DNA of 64,000 bases from Eledone cirrhosa (taxonomy: Eukaryota), in assembly GCA_964016885.1 (NCBI GenBank), contig OZ024744.1:62558001-62622000 (forward strand), given 5' to 3'. The translations under genes were made by a program, and so were the position numbers. Position 1 is the first letter of the stretch, and the number at the start of each line of letters is the position of its first letter. Positions 54,090 through 64,000 of the stretch are shown one piece after another. The notes beneath the pieces were generated by a model. It saw only the letters and a program-made list of their open reading frames with translations, made no database searches and was not told the origin of the DNA.

Positions 54090-56027
54090 GAAATTATAAA
54101 GGCAACAGGATGTTGAGGTGTGAAGAGTATGACTGAGGTCTGTAGGCTGGTGGTTAAAGAAAACCGTACTCTATTGGAAGTTGAATACTCTCATTCTTCT
54201 GTATAAGAGAAAAGGCGATCTTCTTGAGTGAGACTCGTATAAAGTAATTAACTTATTGGAATATGGAATGAAGGTATCGGAAAGAGTTTTAGAGAAGAGG
54301 ATAAAGAAAAAGTGAAGATTGATAAAATGCAGTTTGGATTTATGCGAGGAAGAAGAACGACTGATGTAAGTTTTGTGATATCAGTTACAGAAGTACAGGG
54401 GCAAATAGAAGATTTTGTATTTTGGGTTTGTTTATCTGAAGAAAGCTTTCAATAGGTTTGTGCCTGAAGTGGTGACATTGGGCAGTAGGAGTGGAGGAAT
54501 GGTTGGTTAGAGAAATAGTGACAGTGTATGAGAAAACACGTTCAGTCATAAGAGCGAAAGGACAGGGACAATGTCAAGTTTGAAGTCCAGGCTGGAATTC
54601 ATTAGGGATCAGTATTAAGCCCACAACTATTTGTAGTTGTGATGAAGTTAATAGCTCGAAGTATAAAGGAGGGTTTACCATGAGAGTTGCTGTGAGTAGA
54701 TAACTTGGTTAATAACAGAGAGTATGGATGGATTAGGAAAAAGATGAATAGGTGCAAGGAATATATGGAGGTAATAGGTATGAAGGTGAGTATCGGAAAT
54801 ATAAAGGTGATGGCAAGTGGTGAAGCATGTGGTGAAATGGAAATAACAGGAAGTGACCCATATGCAGTGTAGGAAGGGTGCTGGAATGAATATTAGATAT
54901 ACGATATGCACAGGGTGGGTACATTGAAAATGTAATCGTATGAAGAGATTATTACATAATGTGACAACTATATTTAAGTGTATAGTGTGTATGGAGGAAG
55001 TTACAAATAAAGAGGATATTGAGCTGGGCCTTGGGAATAGCATGAAGATGAGAGGTGTGAAAACGTTTGCTGAATTGAATGGGTGAATCAGACTCTGTAT
55101 AACGGAATACTACTATATTTTACCGGCGAAGATTCGAAACCGAATCTGAGGTTTCTCGCCTCTGGGACTATCTATCGTTGGAGGTTCCCACCATTATCCT
55201 GTCAAGTCAACGATGATAAACGTACATTCCACTTGACCTGTGACCCCAGCTTCTTGGGAGACAATATCAACATGGCTGATCATAAATCAACCTCATATAT
55301 GCCCCCTTTAGCACTAATTATAAATACAACGACTTAGGAAACCCAAGGACAGACCCGAAGCACCAGTCAGCAAGTGATAGCGATGTAGGCATCAGTAGAC
55401 CTTTTACCCTTTCTCTCTCCTGGCCCTTATTGGCTTCCACCTTCTCGGCCACCGACACAGCCAGACAGCCAGCCAAGCCTGCCTGACAGATCGACCCCTA
55501 CTACTACGACAATAATGTATTCTAAGAATAGGCACACACATAGTAAGTTCATATTGTTTACATTCTATGCTTCACCTATTCTTTCGTCTCTGACATATTG
55601 TATCTGTAAGATACAACATATGCATTTACGCTAACTCGTAGAAGTTAGTAAGCAATTTAATGTACGGTTAATTCACGTCATAAATATTATTACTCGATGT
55701 TCAAAGTGAATATTGTTATTATAAAATAAACATTGTTAACAACTCAATCATGGCATTATTCTTTTCATCAAAACTACCATACAAAGAATACCACTTATCC
55801 GCTACATCCGCGACACTATCTAAAGTGAGAAGTGCAAGGAAAAAAAATTCCAGGAACTGAGGGGTGTGCCAATGTGGAAAGAAGCAACATTGAAACTGGA
55901 AGGAAAAACGTGTATGCATCATGTGAGAAGTGCTATCGTTTATGGTAGTGTGACATATATGATGAACGTGGAGCAGCAGAGAAGTCTGGAAAGAAAGGAA
56001 ATTAAAATGATTGGGTATATAAGCAGA

Positions 56028-56030
<3 letters not shown>
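54090..56030 (+). mobile_element. Old RTE LINE, interrupted by an insertion at ~55096-55806
   Basis: Remnants of YKRKGD, DKMQFGFM, FVYLKKAF, GIH*GSVLSP, LP*ELL*VDNL, the PHD finger and RSAIVYGSVT. Confidence 0.8.
55096..55806. mobile_element. Possible solo LTR inserted in the RTE
   Basis: TGTA..CGG / CCGCTACA termini, internal AATAAA, and it interrupts the RTE homology; no target-site duplication visible. Confidence 0.35.
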
Positions 56031-56061
<31 letters not shown>

Positions 56062-56074
56062 ATTTTTCTTTATT

Positions 56075-56945
56075 AATAATTAAAAACAGAAAAGGAAGGG
56101 AAAGGCCTTGAAGTTCTAGGGTCACAGAAAAATGAGCGGAAGAGGGAGGATTATGGGCTCTAGGTCTAGGGTGCGGCGATGTTGTGGCTGCACCCGCGGA
56201 CAATGGCGACACCCGCTGCAACAGGAGCTCGGTAGTACAGGGTCCAAGCACGGCAACCAGTGCGAAGAGGAAACGGCCGGACAATCACCAGTATTTGTTA
56301 GTCTTCCTTTCCTCTACATTGCGTGCCGTAGTACCGGGGTTTGTGGCTGAAGCGACTAAGTTGGAGGCGGAGAATGTGTCACAACAGGTGGCGTCCCAGA
56401 TGAGGGATCTACTTCCTTCGAATGGGAAGAGGGTAATTCGGTCGGGGCGCTTGCTGACTGCAGTTTTGATGGGGAGCCAGCTGCATCCAGGCTCTTTCAC
56501 AATATGTCGTTGAGACCGACATGTCAGGGAAACCGGTCTGTGCTCTGGCGGCATGACAGTGGGTGCAAGCCGAACTTGTCAACGACTGCCTCACAGGAGC
56601 AATTATGTGGTTTACACAGGCGGAAGACGAGGCGTTGGGCCACTCCATTGCGAGTGCACTCGTCATCAAGAAGGATACCGACTGATGAGGAGGGCACCGA
56701 ATTGAGCCACACGTCGCTCTTTGGCTGTGAAGCGGAGAGGAGGAAGGCAAGATAGTGTTGGTTCAAGCCAGATTCGATCAGCTTGCATTTTATGTCGTCC
56801 CAGTACGTTGGACATTTGTATACTGGGGAACAGAGACGCCTTCGCCAGTCCAGTCGGCTAGAACCTGCTCGAGTTCTGGGGTCACATCAGTTTCGGCCGT
56901 CTTGTCGACGACTCGCTGACGAGAGCGCGACTTTTCAGAGGATTT
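56075..56945 (-). mobile_element. CRE-like non-LTR retrotransposon fragment (zinc knuckle and restriction-like endonuclease)
   Basis: WLNSVPSS..G, CSC...D.FG.H.LSC and RPD.ITLFPF..GRSLIWDATC.DTF...EERKTNKY; the 3' end abuts (TA)n. Confidence 0.85.
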
Positions 56946-57604
56946 TTAAAGTATATATACAAATATGTAAACACATGCCAATAATTTTTCTCATATTTCT
57001 TTTACTACTGATGTGAAACTAATTGGTTATGATTGATATTTTCGAAAATGACATTTATTGTAATGGAAGATGTGTTAAAAAGCAAAAGCACTTATAGCTT
57101 CGACAAGTTTTTATTTGTCTTGTCAGTGATGTGGTTTTGTTTTAGGGGGAGGAGTTCGTCTAGTTTGTCTATTCTCAACTAAATGTTGTGGTTATCACTG
57201 TTGCATAACACATATGCTGTCAGTGAATTCCTTTTTAACGACGTTGATAGAAACCATTGAGCTTTTTACCTGCCGCCTCACTAGCTGAATATTTTGTTTT
57301 GATTTTTTTTCTTTTTACTTTTCTTTTCTTTCTTTTAAAACCTGCTACGTTTTTCATATTCAATTGAGTAATAGGAAGACGAGATGGATGCAGGTTTACA
57401 CAACAGCTGTCATACTGAAGCTGGCGGACGACACGTACGCCAAAAGAAGTAAGCCAGGCTTTTGGTGACGAGCTATTATGAAACGCGCCAAATACAAAAT
57501 TGTCCTGCTTTAAAAGAGGTGGTTTTCTGATAATATCAGCTTTTGGGTACATGTGTGTGTGTGTTGGCGAATAAGAAAACGAGTACTCAATACACCAGTA
57601 GCGG

Positions 57605-57640
<36 letters not shown>

Positions 57641-57830
57641 GTTATATAGTAAGGTGTATTATTGGTTGTGTCATATGGTCCAATAAACTTTTGTTAGCAA
57701 TATTAAGTTCTCCACGCTTTTGTATATCTCCAATTCCATTTATGGGAACAGCTAGATGATGTAAAACGGAGTATTTTTATCAAAATAAAGATCCGAAGGC
57801 ATGGTATAAATTTCCAATCATTTTAATCAT

Positions 57831-57892
57831 GACACATGTTTCAATAAGGGATAGATCGATCGTGTGGTCACGATTATCACTGATCTCATCAG
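57831..57892 (-). ncRNA. Hammerhead ribozyme in the inverted pseudo-LTR of PLE2
   Basis: CTGATGA-GAT...ATT-GAAA-CATGT-GTC, with palindromic ACATGT in the stem III region. Confidence 0.75.
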
Positions 57893-59601
57893 GTGAATAA
57901 TGAAATGTCTTCAAATCTTTGATATGAGGGAGAAAAAAACTAACGATGTTCACTCACTAGAGTTTTGTTCCCCATATGAAGATTCAGCAGCCAAAACACG
58001 CCAACTGCTATTGTCTTCAGTCAGGGTCATAAATCTATCAAGTCTCTATCTCTCAATAGCTGTAAAAGACGCTGGACAGGTCTAATCTCAGCATCAAATC
58101 TGTAGAATTTCGGTCGGTCACAATTAGTGTTAGTGAGTACACACACACTCACACACACCGACGTGAGGTCAGAGAAAAAAAATATATATACACCAACACA
58201 GTATGCACCGAAAGTTAGGTTACAAAGCAACAAATGTTATATTGGTCAAATCTCAATTTTCACGGTGTAAATTAGAAAAAAAAGAAAAAAATCGTGAGTA
58301 AAAACATCCTTGATAAAATAATCCCCACTTTAGTTAGGAGATCGAAGCTTAAATTATGGTCAGGAACTAGTGAGGTAATTAACTGGTTTGAGAAATCGCA
58401 GAATAAGAATAGCACTAAGTTTATACAGTTTGATATCTCTAACTACTACTCTTCGATCTCTCCAACTCTTCTAGGTAAGGCCCTTAACTTTGCTAGCTTA
58501 CACACCGACCTTACATCGGAAGAAATTAACATTATTCTCCTAGCTAGGAAAACTTTAATTGAGCTCAACGGAGACTTGTGGACTAGGAGAGACTGGCCGG
58601 ACAATTTTGACATAACCATGGGATCCACGGACTCGGCCCAGGTGACGGATCTGTTGGGCCTCTACATCCTCGACTGTCTTGGAGTGGAAATGCCCCACTT
58701 GGGAGGTGGGGCTTACCGTGACGACGTTCTGTTTACTGTGTCGTATCATAATAATAGTATGGTAGAGAGGGTGAGGAAAAAACTAAGAAAATTCTTCAAA
58801 AACATAGACTTAAGTATAGTGTTTGAAGAAAACTTGAAGATAGTTAATTTTCTAGATGTTACAATTCAGGACTCTTCCAACCCTACCACAAACCCAACGA
58901 GAATTTAAATTATGTCAACGCAAAATCGAACCACCCTAGAATAGTCAATAACGGTATTACAAAAAGCGTCTCTAGTAGAATTTCAGGACTATCTTCCACT
59001 GAAGATACGTTCGATAGGATCTCATATTACTATAATATGGAACGCGCGGGGCATAGCGAGGGAATCTCATTCAAACGTCCATTAGGTAGTAGTAGCAACG
59101 ATAGCTTAGGGCAAAATAGTGACACTTTAGTTAACAGCAGGCGGGGGGCGAAGGAGGATCAATATAGACTTCATGTTGTAATGCCTCCTAGTCCCAATGA
59201 CGACGGTACCAATGAGAATAACCACCTAAGTACAAACACGGTGTCCGAGCACCGTACAGCCAGCGGAAACTTTAATTATAACCTTAACTGTAGAACTGAT
59301 AAAACAACCGTTGGACGTAAAATAAAACGGAGGTCGGGTAGGGGGAATAGGGATAAATGTAGTAGGCGCATAGTGGATATAACCCCGGCTATCGAGGGTA
59401 ATTCCAATAACTGCACAGAGGGTACACCGCCCCGGAGACTTGGGAGACTTAGGACGATTCCAAACACCACATGGACACCCCGGGACATCATCGACCCACA
59501 GGAAGTTATCAGTTCTAATAGACCAGTACTAACCAAGGAGGCAGGTAACACTAGTATAGATAATAAGAACAAGAGGCATCGGACCAGAAAAATCCTGTGG
59601 T

Positions 59602-59634
<33 letters not shown>

Positions 59635-61727
59635 ACCCCCACCCCCATACTCCACCGGCCTGACCACTAGTATAGCCAAGCTTTTCTTTAGGGCCTTAGA
59701 CTATTGCTTCCCTAGATCACACAAATACTATAAAATATTCAATAGGAATACCATCAAGCTGTCCTACTCCACAACCAGTAACATAGCTCAGAATATAGCT
59801 AAGATGAATTATAGTAGACTTTGGACAACCCAGGGCGGGATGAGGCATGGCAGAACTAATGGCAATTATATGCATGAACGGACTCATACGCGTGAGGTGA
59901 GTCGGGCCACCCCAACCCCTGCGAACTTACCCATAGAGCAGACAAGAACTGAGACCCGACACCAGGGGTACCGTGGTTCCTCAGGAACTAACCCGGCCGG
60001 CAGCAGAAAATGCAATTGCAGGAACACCGCTACTTGCCCCTTGGCTGAGAAATGCCTCACCAAGAACATAGTCTACGACTGTAAGGTCTCCACTTTAGAT
60101 AGAACGTTCAGGTATGGTGGGACGACTGCCACTGAATTTAAGGCTAGATGGTATAATCACCGCCATACCTTTAATAAAGCAGATAAAAAAATAGCACGGC
60201 GCTTTCTGAATTAGTCTGGAAGCTTAAACAACAGAATATAGAGCACTCCTTATCCTGGTCCATAGTTTGCTCAACCCAGCCATATAACGGCAGCACGGGT
60301 GTTTGTAATTTATGTATAGCTGAAACCTTTAATATAATTAGAGGCGACCCCCTACTAATCAATAGGAGAGCGGAATTTTTCAACACCTGCCAGCATAGAA
60401 CCTCGAAAACCTTCCTCAGGATTTTTGGAAAGTAACCTACCACTAACTCCCCCCTTTTTACCTTAGCCATAGAGTTCTCTCAATTAGCAAAAAATAGACA
60501 ATCACACACTCAGGTAGTAGACAGCTAAGATCGTTTGCGCACCTACACACTGTACTCGGTATGTTTCCACAGAGTTCTCACAGCTGAGTGCACATTTACC
60601 ATTACTTTAGAATACCTAGTTAGTAAATAGTTAGAACAATTACACACGCAGTTAAGACCGATTACGCGCATTCACCATTACTTTAGAATACCCTAACCAT
60701 AGAGTTCTCTCAGTTAGTAAATAGTTAGACGTATTACACACTCACTTAAGAACGATTACGCTCTTTATACATAATTCTATACAGTACCCGGTTTCTTTAG
60801 ACACGGAGTTCCCACAGTTATGACCAGTCACGATCTTATCGATTGAATACTACACTAGGTTTTGGTCTGTGATACTCTAACTATGGAGTGCTCACAGTTG
60901 CTGAATGGACAATACTACTACACGCTATCAATGGGCTTACACACATCCCCGGGGTTTTGTTATTTTATTTTGTGTTGGGTAACACACCTCCACCACTCAA
61001 ACACTTATCTTAAAAGCCCGAGGGCCCATATGACGGGAAAACGCACACACTGACACCTTAACTCAAATACCCAACCCTACACGGAGCCCCTTGTTGGCCT
61101 ACATGGCGGTTGCTTGCACGCACAGACTCGGGGACTCAGATTCTCAACGGGACAACGGCACATATGGAGTTTGATACGAGCTGACTACTTGCTCTTCACA
61201 TGGATGTGTATATACCAAAACATACACTATTTAGACGAGACGGATGTTTCAATTCAATCGATACACGTATAGCAGAACATTGAACGAAATTTACTTGCGT
61301 GTGTATAGGGTTGTAGTTGACCCAATTTTTTTTTTTTTTTTTTTTCTAATTTACACCGTGAAAATGGAGATTTGACCAATATAACATTTGTTGCTTTGTA
61401 ACCTAACTCTCGGTGCATACTGTGTTGGTGTGTATATTTTTTTTTCTCTGACCTCGCGTCGGTGTGTGAGAGTGTGTGTGTACTCACTAACACTAATTGT
61501 GACCGACCGAAATTCTACAGATTTGATGCTGAGATTAGACCTGTCCAGCGTCTTTTACAGCTATTGAGAGATAGAGACTTGACAGATTTATGACCCTGAC
61601 TGAAGACGATAGCAGTTGGCGTGTTTTGGCTGCTGAATCTTCATATGGGGAACAAAACTCTAGTGAGTGAACATCGTTAGTTTTTTCCTCCCTCATATCA
61701 AAGATTTGAAGACATTTCATTATTCAC

Positions 61728-61793
61728 CTGATGAAATCAGTGATAATCGATCATGACCACACGATCGATCTATCCCTTATCGAAACATGTGTC
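61728..61793 (+). ncRNA. Hammerhead ribozyme in the 3' pseudo-LTR of PLE2
   Basis: CTGATGA-AAT...ATC-GAAA-CATGT-GTC. Confidence 0.75.
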
Positions 61794-61860
61794 TTGATTA
61801 AAATGATTGGAAATTTATACCATGCCTTCGGATCTTTATTTTGATATATATATATGGGCA

Positions 61861-61983
61861 CCCACTGAAGAATTATAAGAGCCCACTTGAATAAGTATCT
61901 GTTGATCTTATACAAGCTTCTACATAATTTGGTATAATTTCACCCAACTTGTAGAAATCTTATAATGAAACGAGTCGTCAGGG
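61861..61983 (+). ncRNA. Type I hammerhead ribozyme, copy 1 (predicted cut after C61979)
   Basis: CCC-a-CTGAAGA-ATTATAAGA...TCTTATAAT-GAA-ACGA-g-TCGT-C-a-GGG. Confidence 0.8.
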
Positions 61984-62535
61984 AAGAGATATATTTGATA
62001 TATCTCATATGAAATAATACAGCCAATTACCCACACAATACAATATAGTTAGCACCCCAAACGTTTAATTGGGAATATACTCAGGTATTTCCTAATGTTT
62101 GTTGAGTGAGTTGGATTTTGGTCAGTGTATCGCTTTTAACTTTCTCCGATTATGTATTTATATATTTACTCTTGGAGCAACAGATATGAACTTTCCCGAT
62201 ATAAGGTATGACTCTCTTTGTTTATTTTTTATATGAATATTGATTATTTGTTCTTGTATCTTATTCTGTTAATATGCCCGAAAAGCGATGCGCACATATG
62301 GTTATTTTTTCATATCCAATTGAGTTCTTAGCACGTGGCTTGAATTCTTGTCAGAGTTCAACGACCTGCGCGTGCATTGTTTTTGGCGGTAGCCTCCTTC
62401 CTCCCATTTTCGGGACAGTGTGAGATTTTCTTTAGAACTGCTGGACTAACAACCTAGCAGTCCCCTCAAGCACTGATGGTGATTATCGCTAAATATTGAT
62501 GTTGATTTTGTTATCAATATTAATGTTATTGGGCA

Positions 62536-62658
62536 CCCACTGAAGAATTATAAGAGCCCACTTGAATAAGTATCTGTTGATCTTATACAAGCTTCTACAT
62601 AATTTGGTATAATTTCACCCAACTTGTAGAAATCTTATAATGAAACGAGTCGTCAGGG
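62536..62658 (+). ncRNA. Type I hammerhead ribozyme, copy 2 (predicted cut after C62654)
   Basis: Identical to copy 1. Confidence 0.8.
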
Positions 62659-62842
62659 AAGGGATATATTTGATATATCTCATATGAAATAATACAGCCA
62701 ATTACCCACACAATACAATATAGTTAGCACCCCAAACGTTTAATTGGGAATATACTCAGGTATTTCCTAATGTTTGTTGAGTGAGTTGGATTTTGGCCGG
62801 AGTATCGTTTTTAGCTTTCTCCGATTATGTATATATATATAT

Positions 62843-64000
62843 ATAACTTCACGATGGAATACAGCCATCAACAACTCCCCTTCCTCGACATCCTCATTAA
62901 GATACATAACAAAAAAATAGAAACGGACATATACTACAAGCCCACAGACTCCAAGCAATATCTTCCTTTCAACTCTTGCCACCCTAGACACGTTAAAATT
63001 AATATTTCCTACAACTTAGCCAAGAGAATCTGTACTATAGTCTCAAATAAAAACACCTGCCACTTACGGCTACAAGAACTAAAGGACACACTCATAGGTA
63101 GAGACTACCCTGCATCACTAATTGACAATGGAATCCAACGTGCCCTAAAACTCAGTACCCATGACCTTAGACACCCTAAAGTAAATCAACCGAAACTAAA
63201 AGCTCTTCCATACATCTCCACACACAACCCCCTCAACAATGAGGCCTTTGACACCATCCCCCAGAACATCCCTGTGTTGAAAAAGGACCATAGAATGAAC
63301 CAAATCCTACGAACACACGATATCATAAAGAGCAGAAGACAATCTAAGTCAATGAAAAACATCCTAACACATGCCAAAGTACTGCCAACCACAACAATGA
63401 AACCCACAGTAAAAAAAATGCGATAGACCCAACTGTGGCATATGCATCGACCTAATAGAGGGTTCGGAATTCTATTTCAAAGAAGGACAACGTTTTATAG
63501 TAAAACACAATTTCACATGCGCATCAGAAAATCTAATATATGTATTAACTTGCTCAGGTTGTCGAGAACAATACATAGGCCAGACCAAAAACAGCCTCCG
63601 CCAACGCATGACTGTCCATAGATCCCAAATTAAAATACGGGAATACAGGAAAATACCACTGAGTGAATACATTGATACCTGTGCCGCCCAAAATCATCCC
63701 AACTTCAGAATCTTTCCCCTCTACAAATTTAAAGATAATGCCACCCACACCCAGCGCATCAGCAAGGAATCTCACTTTATTAACAAATACAGACCCCGTC
63801 TAAACACTTCTCCCTAAGACGAACCCACAACATACACACATCAACATACATACCTACATCAGCATACATCTCTATCCACATATAAACACAATGACATACG
63901 TAAACACACATGTTCTATGGTGCAACACAAATATACACAAATTTGCATACCTTTTGATGTCTATAGATATAAACGTGCCGACACACACACATACATAAAC
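62843..64000 (+). mobile_element. Penelope-like element 3 (Neptune-like), 5'-truncated; RT thumb, Cys linker and GIY-YIG endonuclease
   Basis: LPFLDI, TDIYYKPTD..YL.F.SCHP; after an A7 frameshift at ~63415, C....CGIC...FTC.S.NLIYVLTC..C..QYIGQT...LRQRM..H; stop at 63817. Confidence 0.93.

Larger units (their letters stand above)
57638..61845 (+). mobile_element. Penelope-like element 2 (Naiad-like): frameshifted RT and GIY-YIG coding region 58294-60434, with ~510-bp inverted pseudo-LTRs
   Basis: QFDISNYYSSI, FDITMGS.DSAQ, YRDD, VNFLDVT, KIFNRNTIKLSYS, CNC..CPL..C..NIVY..YGG, CNLC; inverted repeat 57779-58290 / 61325-61845; (TA)n flanks. Confidence 0.95.
61855..62832 (+). repeat. Tandem direct repeat (~300 bp, period 675) with a hammerhead in each copy, between two (TA)n tracts
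   Basis: 61855-62157 is nearly identical to 62530-62832. Confidence 0.92.

Noticed and set aside
57900-61720. Duplicated 61-aa ORFs on opposite strands as a small gene pair
   Set aside because: They are a by-product of the inverted pseudo-LTRs of PLE2.

Overview
AT-rich, microsatellite- and transposon-dense eukaryotic DNA. The repeat families suggest a cephalopod such as Octopus (inference). One host gene is recognisable: branched-chain alpha-ketoacid dehydrogenase kinase (BCKDK) on the minus strand. I traced seven coding exons by hand from the ATG at 50196 to 3289, all with GT-AG junctions and a continuous frame; the gene continues beyond the window start. The introns and upstream region hold: a Dong/R4-type retrotransposon in an (AAT)n tract; several RTE LINEs with a PHD-type zinc finger inside the RT domain (one young copy with an open frame, nested in a piggyBac-type MITE); CRE-like fragments; three Penelope-like elements (PLEs); tRNA-derived SINEs; and hAT, mariner and Helitron remnants. 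The most notable observations are: (1) about eleven hammerhead-ribozyme motifs, including two intact tandem copies that could release a 675-nt circularisable RNA; (2) BCKDK exon 3 is in frame, without a stop, with an intronic RTE reverse transcriptase; (3) the PHD finger inserted in RT; (4) many long inverted repeats inside the BCKDK pre-mRNA. All calls were made by eye, with no database search or folding software.
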